From Parcubacteria group bacterium Gr01-1014_3 (GTDB lineage Bacteria; Patescibacteriota; Minisyncoccia; UBA6257; WO2-44-18), in the NCBI GenBank assembly GCA_007376445.1, contig VMGF01000002.1, positions 13,673-77,672 on the forward strand: DNA of 64,000 nucleotides. The letters run 5' to 3'. Under the pieces are notes generated by a model. The model saw only the letters and a program-made list of their open reading frames with translations, was not told where the DNA came from and ran no database searches. Numbering within the stretch: position 1 is the first letter of the stretch; the number at the start of each line of letters is the position of its first letter. The translations under genes were made by a program, and so were the position numbers. Positions 1-9,367 of this stretch are shown one piece after another.

Positions 1-123
1 CCGCGAGCGCAGTTTTCCGCTGAAGACCTGGAAAAAGAAAAACGGCTGGTTAAGGATTTTGACTGGGTGAACACATTTATTGAGAAAGAAGTCAGGGACA
101 TAGAGAAATATGTAGGCAACTAA
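1..123 (+). CDS. C-terminal fragment of unidentified protein (gene starts upstream of window)
   Basis: Frame 1 is open from the window edge to TAA at 121-123 (…DFDWVNTFIEKEVRDIEKYVGN*). No family motif recognised. Confidence 0.3.
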   Translation, partial: PRAQFSAEDLEKEKRLVKDFDWVNTFIEKEVRDIEKYVGN

Positions 124-240
124 AATATAATTTTAAATGCTAAATTTTTAATTTTAATTTAATGACCAAATGTTAAATTTCAAAAATTAAGTCATTGAAA
201 ATTAATTTAAAATTTATAATTAAAAATTTAAAATTACTTT
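124..240. repeat. AT-rich ~110-bp intergenic repeat, copy A
   Basis: Near-identical to 13414-13524 and 52944-53052, and to the reverse complement of 46072-46185. Shared core: aatgaccaaatgttaaatttcaaaa…tcattgaaaattaatttaaaatttataatt. Confidence 0.6.
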
Positions 241-241
241 T

Positions 242-1027
242 ATGACTTTCTGGGATCTAATTTTGGTCTGGTTCGCGCCGATAGCGATTGGTATCGGCAT
301 CGCTTTTTACTACGCGAAAAGAAAAAAAGATCCTTCGGCTGGCGGAGAAGAATCTCACCCAGAACTTTTATCTATGATCGCGCACCAGCTCCGGTCTCCG
401 CTTACTTCCGTTAAATGGATCAGTGAGCGGCTGGCTACTACAAAATTGGAAGCCGATCAGCGGGATAAAGTTTTAGAAATCCAAAAAGTTAATCAGCATC
501 TGATCGATCTCCTGGAAAATCTGAAAAAAATCGGCAAGGAGAAGCTGAACGGCGAAGCTGAAGGCCGCGAGTATTTTTTAGCGAATCTGGTTAATGAAAT
601 TACAGGTTTATTTAAATCTCCAGCCGAACGTAAAAATATCCGCATTGTTCTCGGCGTTCATCCCGGCATCGGCAAGATCAGGACGGATAAATTTCTGCTC
701 ACTGAGGCTATGAAAAATATCCTTGAGAACGCTATCGATTACTCTCCGGCTGGTTCGACTATCGATATTTCGGTTCGCCAGGACGGAGGGCGCTATGCAA
801 TCGCTATCAGTAACGACAAGGCTTGTCCTGAGCAATTCGACCTTGCTCACTGTAAACTTGCCGAAGGAGGAGGTATTTCGGAGAAAGACGGGGGAGGCTT
901 GGGTTTATTGATCGCGCAAACTGCTATTCGGGCGAATCGAGGAGAGTTAGCGATGAAATCTCCAAATGGACAGGGAGCGTCGTTCGTTATATCCTTGCCA
1001 GGCAGTGAAAATTCGACTGCTCGCTAA
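242..1027 (+). CDS. small sensor histidine kinase (HisKA + HATPase_c, one N-terminal TM)
   Basis: H-box MIAHQLRSPLTSV. G-rich ATP-lid motifs (DGGGLGLLIAQ, GQGASF) are at the C-terminus. Hydrophobic N-terminus. Confidence 0.75.
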   Translation: MTFWDLILVWFAPIAIGIGIAFYYAKRKKDPSAGGEESHPELLSMIAHQLRSPLTSVKWISERLATTKLEADQRDKVLEIQKVNQHLIDLLENLKKIGKEKLNGEAEGREYFLANLVNEITGLFKSPAERKNIRIVLGVHPGIGKIRTDKFLLTEAMKNILENAIDYSPAGSTIDISVRQDGGRYAIAISNDKACPEQFDLAHCKLAEGGGISEKDGGGLGLLIAQTAIRANRGELAMKSPNGQGASFVISLPGSENSTAR

Positions 1028-1065
1028 TGCGAGCCCAGCAACACGGTCGAATTTCTACTTCCTGG
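998..1065. repeat. conserved 20-bp-stem hairpin element, copy R1 (ccaggNagtgaaaaYtcgaS…StcgaRtttctactNcctgg)
   Basis: Inverted repeat around a 28-nt loop. Homologous copies lie at 29760-29817 and 46961-47023 and carry compensatory changes. Confidence 0.6.
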
Positions 1066-1093
1066 CTTGCCAGTGAACTAAGTGCGGGGATAC

Positions 1094-1159
1094 TAAATTC
1101 AATTTTAAATTTTGTAATTAATTCATTAAATTAAAATTGAAAATTTAGATTTTAAAATT
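1094..1159. repeat. diverged partial copy of AT-rich intergenic repeat (F)
   Basis: aattttaaattttgtaattaattcattaaattaaaattgaaaattt resembles the core of copies A-D and abuts the start codon at 1160. Confidence 0.35.
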
Positions 1160-1873
1160 ATGAATATTCATTACCCGGTCCGAATTAACCGCTACCTCGC
1201 GCTTCAAAATATTTGCAGCCGAAGAGAGGCGGATAAGTTAATTTCGGCCGGGCAGGTAAAAATCAATAATAGGATCGCCAAGCTGGGGGATCTGGTAAAA
1301 GAAGGCGACGAGGTCAGCCTGAGTGAAGCCGCAAAGAAGCGGGAGGAGTCGTTGGTTTACATCGCGTATAACAAGCCTTTTGGCGTTGTAACTCACAGCG
1401 CGCAAGACGATGAGTCCGAGATACTTGATGATCCGGCGCTTCAAAAATTTGGCCGACTTTTTCCCGTGGGCAGGCTGGACAAGGAGTCTCATGGCCTGAT
1501 CATACTGACCAACGACGGCAGGATCACTGGAAAATTACTGGAGCCGGAGCGGGAGCATGAAAAAGAGTATCTGGTAAAAACTGATCGGGATGTTGCTGAA
1601 GGTTTTTTAAGGAAAATGGGGAAAGGAGTGCAGCTAGAGGACTTTCGAACAAAAAATTGCGAAGTAGAGCCGGCCGGCCCTAAGTCTTTCCGGATCATTC
1701 TTACCGAAGGCAAGAAGCATCAGATCCGGAGAATGTGCGCGGCGCTCGGTTATCAGACGGTGGACTTAAAAAGGATCCGGATAATGAATATCAAATTAGA
1801 CGGACTCAAAGAAGGAAAATTCAGGATAATTATCGGACAGGAGCTGAAGACTTTACTAAATAGCTTAAAATAG
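1160..1873 (+). CDS. 16S/23S rRNA pseudouridine synthase, RsuA/RluB family (S4 domain + catalytic domain)
   Basis: S4-like N-terminus (RINRYLALQNICSRREADKLISAGQVKIN). Catalytic motif GRLDKESHGLIILTNDG. Confidence 0.8.
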   Translation: MNIHYPVRINRYLALQNICSRREADKLISAGQVKINNRIAKLGDLVKEGDEVSLSEAAKKREESLVYIAYNKPFGVVTHSAQDDESEILDDPALQKFGRLFPVGRLDKESHGLIILTNDGRITGKLLEPEREHEKEYLVKTDRDVAEGFLRKMGKGVQLEDFRTKNCEVEPAGPKSFRIILTEGKKHQIRRMCAALGYQTVDLKRIRIMNIKLDGLKEGKFRIIIGQELKTLLNSLK

Positions 1874-1887
1874 GCATAATTGGGTCT

Positions 1888-3363
1888 ATGACCGCGAATT
1901 GGGGAGACGTCGTTTTGAAATTTAATAAAGTCAGCTTTGCCTATGGACCGAAGAAAACCATTTTGGATTCGGTTGATTTTGTTATCCGCGAAAGAGCCAA
2001 GCTTACCCTGATGGGGCAGAACGGCGCCGGCAAGTCCACTATTTTTAAATTGATCTCTAAAGAGATTCAGCCGGAGGAGGGTTCGATCAATATTAAAACC
2101 GGCGCCACGATTGCTACTTCGATGCAGGTGATACCAAAAGATTGGATGAATGACACCGTGATCCAGTACTTTGAGCGCGCTTTTTCTAAAAAAGTTTATG
2201 ACATTGAGCCTCGCATCAATAAGATATTGAATGTAGTTAACCTGAAAGCGGACCTGAAGAAAAAAATGAATCAGTTCTCCGGCGGCCAACAGGCTCGTTT
2301 GCTTTTGGCTTTCGCCCTCATTCAGAACCCAGACATTCTTTTATTGGATGAGCCTACTAATAATCTCGATAAAGTCGGCATTGAGCATCTGACCAAATTT
2401 TTGATTGAGTATTCTAAGACCTGCGTGGTTATTTCTCACGACGCGCACTTTCTGAACTCATTCACCCACGGAGTTTTATATTTAGATAATTTTAGCGGTA
2501 AGGTTGAGCAGTATGTCGGTGACTATATGAAAGTAGTAGCGGAAATCGCTATACGAATCGAGCGTGAGCGGAAAAAGAACGCGATGTTAAAAAAGGATAT
2601 AGAGAACCGCAAAGAGCAGATGAATTATTTCGCGCAAAAAGGTGGAAAAATGCGTGATGTCGCGAGGAAAATGCGGGAAGCTATCCAAGAACTCGAATCC
2701 CAGCTGGTGGATCTCCGTCAAGAAGATAAAACCATCAAAGATTTCATTATTCCAGTGCAGTCTTTTGAGGGATCGGAGCGTCCGGACTGGAAGATTGTGG
2801 AGATAAAGGCGGTGAATATCATGACGACCGGCAAGCCGTCGGCGAAGAAGGTAAATATCGTTTTAAAGCGGAAAGAGAAGCTTTTGATATCTGGCCCTAA
2901 TGGTATCGGCAAAAGCACTCTACTGGAGGCTTTAGCGAGTGGTAAGGCTAAGGGTATGGGTATCTCCGATGACATTAAGATCGGATATTATAAGCAGGAC
3001 TTTTCCGGTCTGGATTTTGACGAGACGGTTTACAAAACCCTCTCGGACGCGATGACCGGCGGTTCGGATCAGGAACTACGTTCGGCGGCCGCCCAATTTT
3101 TACTGGACGCTGATCTATTGAATAATAAAGTGGGCTCGCTTTCCGAAGGTCAAAAAGGACTGCTTTCTTTCGCACGATTTGTTCTGCAGCGACCTGGCTT
3201 ATTGATCATGGATGAGCCGACTAATCACATCAACTTCCGCCACTTGCCAGCGGTCGCCAAGGCTTTAGATAAGTTTGAAGGCGCGTTGATTCTCGTTAGT
3301 CACTCGCCAGAGTTTATCAAGCAGATCAATATTGATCATAAATTGGACCTTGGGGATTTATAA
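1888..3363 (+). CDS. ABC-F family ATPase (two tandem ABC domains, no TMD)
   Basis: Two Walker A motifs (GQNGAGKST, GPNGIGKST). Two signature motifs (FSGGQQARL, LSEGQKGLL). Two Walker B motifs (LLLDEPTN, LIMDEPTN). Confidence 0.8.
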   Translation: MTANWGDVVLKFNKVSFAYGPKKTILDSVDFVIRERAKLTLMGQNGAGKSTIFKLISKEIQPEEGSINIKTGATIATSMQVIPKDWMNDTVIQYFERAFSKKVYDIEPRINKILNVVNLKADLKKKMNQFSGGQQARLLLAFALIQNPDILLLDEPTNNLDKVGIEHLTKFLIEYSKTCVVISHDAHFLNSFTHGVLYLDNFSGKVEQYVGDYMKVVAEIAIRIERERKKNAMLKKDIENRKEQMNYFAQKGGKMRDVARKMREAIQELESQLVDLRQEDKTIKDFIIPVQSFEGSERPDWKIVEIKAVNIMTTGKPSAKKVNIVLKRKEKLLISGPNGIGKSTLLEALASGKAKGMGISDDIKIGYYKQDFSGLDFDETVYKTLSDAMTGGSDQELRSAAAQFLLDADLLNNKVGSLSEGQKGLLSFARFVLQRPGLLIMDEPTNHINFRHLPAVAKALDKFEGALILVSHSPEFIKQINIDHKLDLGDL

Positions 3364-3365
3364 AA

Positions 3366-3497
3366 CCGAAACTAACTCTTTTTCAGAACCAGAATAACCG
3401 GCCTCCAGCGGGCCGGTTTTCTTCTCTCTCGGTGGTTTTTAAACCAAGCAAAACCGCCTCCGAGATGTTCCGAAAAAGAGTTAGTTTCGGTTTTTTT
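3366..3497. repeat. structured ~130-nt repeat / candidate ncRNA, copy 1 (long closing helix, internal hairpins, 3' T-run)
   Basis: ccgaaactaactcttttt at 3366-3383 pairs with aaaaagagttagtttcgg at 3473-3490. Internal hairpin ccggcctccagcgggccgg. Homologous copy at 39574-39724. Confidence 0.5.
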
Positions 3498-4437
3498 ATT
3501 TAAGCAGTCCTTTAAGATTTTCCAGCGCGGATTTTAGTGCGTCGAGAAGCGAGGCGGTGGCGTTTTGAGTATTTGCAGAAGAGCAAAGACTGGCGAAGTT
3601 GGTGCCGCCGGATTCATCGTACCAGTACCGATAATGCAGAGTTCCATCCGGGTCCATAAGCTCCGGATCGAAACCGCCATACATCCCTCCTTGCTTAAAT
3701 AGCAAAATATCTTTATAGCAGACGGCGCCTGGCGCGTTGGAGTTAGACGCTGTTTTATCATAGAACCTAATTGGCTTGGTATGATCCGTGAAGGTGTATT
3801 TAGCAGGGTCTGTGAATTCGCAGATGTTTTTAATGCCAATATAATTCAATTCATTAATATCCTCACAAGGTGAGTAGCCAGTGATCGGGTTAACATTAGC
3901 TACTGTATTAGCTGGATCTCCGGCATAAAGAAAGGCGCGTTTGTCCCTGGGCGATACTCCAGCATACAAGAAACTGCCGGTGCCAAAGTTAATGTATCGG
4001 TTAGGAAGAACGGTGCCGGTACCAGTTTTAATGACCGGCTTTGGGGCTGGAGCGGGCGCCGGAGCTGTAGCTGGTGATGGAATCGGCGTTGGCGTTGGCT
4101 GAGGCGCTGGAGCTGGCGTACCCGCCTGGGCTCGAATTGTGGTGAATTTTGCCCTTGTTATTGGCCCAACTATACCAACGGCTTCAATTCCATTTTTAGC
4201 CTGCCATCTTTTAACGGCCGCTTCAGTCAGTAAGCCAAAGTATCCGGTTACCAAACCTTCTGGATAAACATCTTTATACTGCGCCAAGAAAGTTTGGAGC
4301 AGGCGAACGTTCTCGCCGCGGATGCCTACGTATAATGGAGTGGTTAATACTGGTGGCAATATTGATGAAGCAGTCTGCGCGGAGGCTATCGTGGCCAAAC
4401 CCAAAAACAACGAGCTCAAAAGTGTTTTTTTTACCAT
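3496..4437 (-). CDS. secreted protein with peptidoglycan-binding (PG_binding_1-like) domain and Pro/Ala-rich linker
   Basis: Signal peptide MVKKTLLSSLFLGLATIASAQ. Start trimmed to ATG at 4437 (complement of 4435-4437). PG-binding-like LLQTFLAQYKD…GYFGLLTEAAVKRWQAKNG. Linker PAPAPQPTPTPIPSP. Confidence 0.6.
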   Translation of the reverse strand: MVKKTLLSSLFLGLATIASAQTASSILPPVLTTPLYVGIRGENVRLLQTFLAQYKDVYPEGLVTGYFGLLTEAAVKRWQAKNGIEAVGIVGPITRAKFTTIRAQAGTPAPAPQPTPTPIPSPATAPAPAPAPKPVIKTGTGTVLPNRYINFGTGSFLYAGVSPRDKRAFLYAGDPANTVANVNPITGYSPCEDINELNYIGIKNICEFTDPAKYTFTDHTKPIRFYDKTASNSNAPGAVCYKDILLFKQGGMYGGFDPELMDPDGTLHYRYWYDESGGTNFASLCSSANTQNATASLLDALKSALENLKGLLK

Positions 4438-4528
4438 AGTTAAATTATAGCATCCCATACATAATTTGTTATGTGTGGGATAGCAAATTGAATAAAAATA
4501 AGCCGCTGATTGCGGCATTCGGTCTTGT

Positions 4529-4602
4529 TGGCTGGGGGGCTAGGAATCGAACCTAGATCTGCTGCTCCAAAGGCAGCCGTGTTACCATTGCACTACCCCC
4601 CA
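4529..4602 (-). tRNA. tRNA-Gln (anticodon UUG)
   Basis: The reverse complement folds as a cloverleaf. Acceptor stem UGGGGGG/CCCCCCA with U1-A72, G73 and encoded CCA. Anticodon stem GCUGC/GCAGC with loop CUUUGGA. T-arm CUAGG-UUCGAUU-CCUAG. Confidence 0.85.
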
Positions 4603-5268
4603 ATAATTACAGATGTGGTCTACCCAGGCGGAAATTTTTCTATTTAGATTCGTGCTTTTCCGCACTATGATTCTCAGTAATCCATTATAGGCGATTCCCG
4701 TATTTTTTCGACCAGTCTTTAGTTTATGCTCCTTGAAATATACTTTAATTTTTCTCTTATCGCAAGACACTGTTTTTGCCCAAAAACTCAACGCCTTTTC
4801 GATATCCGCGGTGTTATGTATATATAAAGCGAAGGCGATTTCATTTTTCGGTATTTTTATAATTGTTAACAACCAGCCTAAAAATACCTTTATCATTTTT
4901 GGATCAGAATTATTAAAATTTACTTGCTGGCTGACCAGGTGTTCCTTTGCTTTTGAGCCCTCAGCCCAATAGAGCATAATACCGGCAAGCCATAAATGAT
5001 CATTGTTGAGTTCTCGCATTTCTTGAAAAGCCTCATTTTTAATTTGATCCATAAGAGTAAGGCGTTGCTGATGTCTGGCAATCGCGCCCCTTTGTTGAGC
5101 AAGAATTTTCTTTTTAGTTAGGCGCCGATGTGTTTGTTTTGCTAATGCAACCGAATGTAGCCATGACGATAATGTTGATTTTGCAACCGGAATTTGCGCC
5201 AAAATTTCGGAGTAGGTTAGCCCCCGCCTTCTTAGGATTATTGCCTGCGTTTTTGGATCACTTTTCAT
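4582..5268 (-). CDS. hypothetical protein with N-terminal HTH; weak LAG…EG-like motif (possible homing-endonuclease-like)
   Basis: HTH-like GLTYSEILAQIPVAKSTLSSWL. Motif WLAGIMLYWAEGSK. The last ~20 nt overlap the 5' end of tRNA-Gln. Confidence 0.4.
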   Translation of the reverse strand: MKSDPKTQAIILRRRGLTYSEILAQIPVAKSTLSSWLHSVALAKQTHRRLTKKKILAQQRGAIARHQQRLTLMDQIKNEAFQEMRELNNDHLWLAGIMLYWAEGSKAKEHLVSQQVNFNNSDPKMIKVFLGWLLTIIKIPKNEIAFALYIHNTADIEKALSFWAKTVSCDKRKIKVYFKEHKLKTGRKNTGIAYNGLLRIIVRKSTNLNRKISAWVDHICNYWGVVQW

Positions 5269-5336
5269 ACTGACATGAACACCAAACGTCTTTTTTAGTA
5301 TAACATACCGCTATTCAATTTAAAACACTTCATTTT

Positions 5337-6233
5337 TTACTTCATAATCAAATAAAGTCCGATACCCATGATCGCGAAGAGAATTGTCTTTTTTATAATA
5401 CTAAAAGCATCCGTTTTCTCTCGAAACATCCCGTCAGGAGATTTTTTCGAGAAAATAACCGCGTTTAAAAGAACAAAAAATGGCTGGATTGAAACAATAC
5501 CGGCAATCACAGTTACCGGCGCCATGGAGAGCGCGTAAGTGCCAATGAGCGATCCAATAATACTTAACAAATCTTCCAGGAATATCCATTTAAAAGATTT
5601 TTTAAAGTTGGGGTAATCTTCGGCAACATCCCTTCTAAATGCCGGAATTACGAGAAGCGTGAAACAAAATACGATAGCTATTAACGAGGTGCCGATATAT
5701 CCGGTCGTCCAGCTAACGTCATTTAAAATAAATTTGTACATTACCCAATCAATGGTGCCGATTAACGAGGCTAAAATCATGTAAAAAAATGACTTATTCA
5801 ACCGCAGCTTTCCTTTGGCGCCGTTAAGCGAAAGGAGCACGCTGCTTAATATTATGGTGAAAAATCCCACGTATTGGGTAGTTTTCAGAGTTTCTCCAAT
5901 GATAAAGTAGGCGAGAATTGGTATAAAAATTTTTCCGATCGAGAAAAGAGAACTAACCACGGCGGTATCTTCATTTTGGAGGGCCTTATAATAAGGGAAT
6001 ACATAAAGCACTTCGGCCAAACCGACGATTAAAAATGCCAGCAAAAGCCCCACCGGCGGAATAGACGGTTTTTCCAGTAGCGCGACAAAAGGAATAAATA
6101 TCGGCGCGATTAAAAATCCATAAAAAATACCCGCGTTAATCTTTTTAAACAACTTTCCGGCTATGTAGTTATCTACAACATACGCCCAGGAATGAAAAAC
6201 CGGATTGAGAAGGGTTAAGAGAAGAAGCCCCAT
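5337..6233 (-). CDS. polytopic membrane protein, DMT/EamA-like transporter
   Basis: About 10 hydrophobic segments in ~300 aa with a two-halves pattern. Call is by composition and topology only. Confidence 0.45.
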   Translation of the reverse strand: MGLLLLTLLNPVFHSWAYVVDNYIAGKLFKKINAGIFYGFLIAPIFIPFVALLEKPSIPPVGLLLAFLIVGLAEVLYVFPYYKALQNEDTAVVSSLFSIGKIFIPILAYFIIGETLKTTQYVGFFTIILSSVLLSLNGAKGKLRLNKSFFYMILASLIGTIDWVMYKFILNDVSWTTGYIGTSLIAIVFCFTLLVIPAFRRDVAEDYPNFKKSFKWIFLEDLLSIIGSLIGTYALSMAPVTVIAGIVSIQPFFVLLNAVIFSKKSPDGMFREKTDAFSIIKKTILFAIMGIGLYLIMK

Positions 6234-6235
6234 AA

Positions 6236-7345
6236 TTATTTCTTCAGATTTTCAATAATGGCGATCTCGAGAGGTACGATCGCGAAGGGGGAGTAGCGCA
6301 TCTCTCCGTAAGCGCGAATCAGGGATTTTATAAAGGGAAGATGTTTTTCCGGAATGATCTGACCGCTTTGACTTTTAATCTGCTCTAATTCTTTTTTTGT
6401 TAATTCATGTTGAAAAAGTTCTTCGAGCTTCGGATCAAATTTTAAACTCAATATCCGCCGCCAATAATGAATAAGTTCTTTGGCGAAGTCCACCAGGTTA
6501 TATCCGCCCTCATCCAACTTGGAGATATAAGCCAGAGCCTCACTTAAATTAGAATCCAAAATCAATCGGGAAAATTCCGAGGTCCGGGTAAAGCCGACTT
6601 TACCGATGATCTTTTCCACATTCTCCACTTCTACCTTTTCTTCCAGGCTAGCCAGCTGATCCAGCAGAGATTCCGCGTCACGCGCGCTACCATCGGCGGA
6701 AGCGGCGATAAGTTCGATAGCTTCCTCCGAGACATTCATTTTTTCTTCTTTGACCACTCGCGTGAGTTTCTGCGCGATCGATTCTACGGACAATTTTTTA
6801 AAATGGAATCTTTGCGCGCGAGAACTGATGGTCGACGGAATTTTTTCGTATTCGGTTGTGGCGAGAATAATGATCGTGTACGCCGGCGGTTCTTCCAGGG
6901 TTTTGAGAAGCGCGTTGAAAGCTTCCCGGGTCAACATGTGCGCTTCATCAATAATAAAAATTTTATACGGATAGGAGCTAGGGGAGAGGCGGATGCTTTC
7001 TTTGAGATCGCGCATTTCATCGATGCCCCGGTTGGAAGCGGCATCAATTTCCACCACGTCCAGCGCTCTGCCGGCGTCAATATCTTCGCATCGGCCGCAT
7101 TTATTGCAGGGTTCGCCTTTGTCTTTAAATTTTTTATCCTTGATCCGGGTTTCGCAGTTAGCGATCTTGGCGAGCAGTCGAGCAGTCGTGGTTTTGCCGG
7201 TGCCCCGAGGACCATAGAAAAGATAAGCATGCGCCAACTTGTCCTGGCGGCCGGCGTTTTTTAATATTTCGGCCACGGACTGTTGGCCTAAAACCTCCTC
7301 GAAATTCTTCGGACGGTACTTTCGGTAGATAGCTAATGACATCAA
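6236..7345 (-). CDS. dnaX: DNA polymerase III subunit gamma/tau (short form)
   Basis: YRPKNFEEVLGQ, HAYLFYGPRGTGKTT, Zn module CNKCGRCEDI, VVEIDAASNRGIDEMR. Confidence 0.9.
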   Translation of the reverse strand: MMSLAIYRKYRPKNFEEVLGQQSVAEILKNAGRQDKLAHAYLFYGPRGTGKTTTARLLAKIANCETRIKDKKFKDKGEPCNKCGRCEDIDAGRALDVVEIDAASNRGIDEMRDLKESIRLSPSSYPYKIFIIDEAHMLTREAFNALLKTLEEPPAYTIIILATTEYEKIPSTISSRAQRFHFKKLSVESIAQKLTRVVKEEKMNVSEEAIELIAASADGSARDAESLLDQLASLEEKVEVENVEKIIGKVGFTRTSEFSRLILDSNLSEALAYISKLDEGGYNLVDFAKELIHYWRRILSLKFDPKLEELFQHELTKKELEQIKSQSGQIIPEKHLPFIKSLIRAYGEMRYSPFAIVPLEIAIIENLKK

Positions 7346-7386
7346 CTTTATTTTAGCCCAGTTTTGGCATAAAATGTATATATACG

Positions 7387-8607
7387 ATGCGCCGATATAT
7401 ATTCCTTACTCTTTTAGCCTGCGGTTTAGTAGCGGCGTTTTTATTTATTAGCACGAGCAATATCATTGAACTTCCAATACTAAGAAGCATCGCCAGCTTC
7501 GCGGATCAGGCGCCGGTCAATTTTGACATAGAACCCCAGCGACCACTTGTCATACCCCCGGAACCGATCAAGGCTATTTATCTTACGAGTTATTCTGGCG
7601 GGAATGCCACGAAGATCGCTTCGGTTATTAAGCTGATCAAAGAAACAGAGCTTAATGCGGTGGTAGTAGATATGAAGGATTACTCCGGTTTCGTGGCTTA
7701 CAATACTGACCTGGAACTTCCGAAAGAATATAAAGCGGTGGATCCAAGGATCCCGGCCTTGAATAAACTGGTTAAAAAATTCCACGACGAAAATATTTAT
7801 ATCATCGCGCGCGTGTCGGTTTTTCAGGATCAGCAGCTCGCGAAGGCCAGGCCGGACCTCGCGCTGATCAGTTCTAGCACGCAACAATCCTGGAAAGACT
7901 ATAAGGGTTTGATGTGGATGGATACCTCCTCTCAAGAAGTCTGGGATTACAACATCGCCATCGCGGAAGAGTTGGCGGCTCGCGGCGTGGACGAGATCAA
8001 CTTTGATTACATCCGCTTTGCCTCCGACGGAAACTTAGCGGATATCAAATACCCATTCTGGGATGGCAAGACTTATAAAACCGCGGTATTAAAAAGCTTC
8101 TTTCAATATCTGCGCGAGAAATTAGCTGACGCGGTTCTGTCCGCCGATCTTTTTGGTCTGGTCACAGTGAATACGGACGGACTGGGAATAGGTCAGCACT
8201 TGGAATACGCTTTGCCGTATTTTGACGCGATCGCGCCGATGACTTATCCGTCGCATTATTACAAAGGCTTCATTGGTATTGAGAAACCAGCCGAAGAGCC
8301 ATACAAGGTGATTAAATATTCCATGGATTCCGCCTTGCTTCGCGTTAAGGCGCATGAAAACGCCTTACGAGCGGCGATTGGCAATAGCACGACGACTCCT
8401 ATGCCAAGAATTGCCAAGCTTCGGCCATGGTTCCAGGACTTTGATCTCGGGGCGGATTATGACGAGAAGAAGGTGCGCGCGCAGATCCAAGCTTGGTACG
8501 ACTCCTCGGCCAATCAAGGATATACGAGCGGCGGCTGGATGCTCTGGAATGCTTCCAACAACTACACCAGGGCGGCGCTAGAGCCAGCATCATTCGTAAA
8601 CAACTAA
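7387..8607 (+). CDS. membrane-anchored TIM-barrel glycoside-hydrolase-like protein (GHL10/DUF4015-like)
   Basis: N-terminal TM. IKAIYLTSYSGGN…NAVVVDMKDYSG…WMDTSS…DEINFDYIRF pattern is typical of this family. Confidence 0.5.
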   Translation: MRRYIFLTLLACGLVAAFLFISTSNIIELPILRSIASFADQAPVNFDIEPQRPLVIPPEPIKAIYLTSYSGGNATKIASVIKLIKETELNAVVVDMKDYSGFVAYNTDLELPKEYKAVDPRIPALNKLVKKFHDENIYIIARVSVFQDQQLAKARPDLALISSSTQQSWKDYKGLMWMDTSSQEVWDYNIAIAEELAARGVDEINFDYIRFASDGNLADIKYPFWDGKTYKTAVLKSFFQYLREKLADAVLSADLFGLVTVNTDGLGIGQHLEYALPYFDAIAPMTYPSHYYKGFIGIEKPAEEPYKVIKYSMDSALLRVKAHENALRAAIGNSTTTPMPRIAKLRPWFQDFDLGADYDEKKVRAQIQAWYDSSANQGYTSGGWMLWNASNNYTRAALEPASFVNN

Positions 8608-8608
8608 A

Positions 8609-9367
8609 TTGATGTTTGAAGTTAAACTAGAAAAATTCGCGGGTCCGATGGAGAAGCTTCTCGAACTGATCGAGGAGCGTCAGCTAGAGATCACCCAGCT
8701 TAGTCTTTCACAGGTTACGGACGCCTTTTTGAGTTATATAAAATCTTTGGATAAGCAGATCGAGTCCGGCGTGCTGGCGGATTTTTTGGTGGTCGCGTCC
8801 AAGTTAGTTTTGATAAAGTCCAAGACTTTATTGCCTAGCCTAGAGCTCACCAAAGATGAAGAGACGGAAATTCATGACCTTGAGACTCGGCTTAAAATAT
8901 ATCGCGAGTTTTCTTGGAAAGGTCAGTCCGCGGATGGAGGAAAAACTGCCAGTCAGCACATTCTCTCGCTTTGGAATAAAAAATCGCCGGCCTTCTCCAG
9001 GCAGTTTTTGGCTAATTTTGAGGCCAAGATATTTTATCCGCCGGTGGGATTGGCGATCAGCGATTTGACCAGGTCGGTTATGAATTTAATTTCCGTTTTA
9101 CAATCGATTACGCCGGATACAAAAGAGATCAAAAAAGCGATAATTTCTATCGAAGAAAAGATGCAGGAGTTGGTTAAACGATTTAGCGAATCGGCATCAC
9201 ACAGTCTTCGGTCTTTGGCGAAAACCGGTAATAAATCGGAGGTTATCGTGGTTTTTCTCGCCATCCTTCATCTTCTCAAAGATAAAATGATCCAGGTTAA
9301 ACAGGGGGAGCGGTTTAGTGATATATTAGTAGAAAAGGCAGATGCCAAAAATAATTATGCCAACTAA
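8609..9367 (+). CDS. scpA: segregation and condensation protein A
   Basis: N-terminus FEVKLEKFAGPMEKLLELIEERQLEITQLSLSQVTDAFLSYI. Immediately followed by scpB. Confidence 0.8.
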   Translation: MMFEVKLEKFAGPMEKLLELIEERQLEITQLSLSQVTDAFLSYIKSLDKQIESGVLADFLVVASKLVLIKSKTLLPSLELTKDEETEIHDLETRLKIYREFSWKGQSADGGKTASQHILSLWNKKSPAFSRQFLANFEAKIFYPPVGLAISDLTRSVMNLISVLQSITPDTKEIKKAIISIEEKMQELVKRFSESASHSLRSLAKTGNKSEVIVVFLAILHLLKDKMIQVKQGERFSDILVEKADAKNNYAN

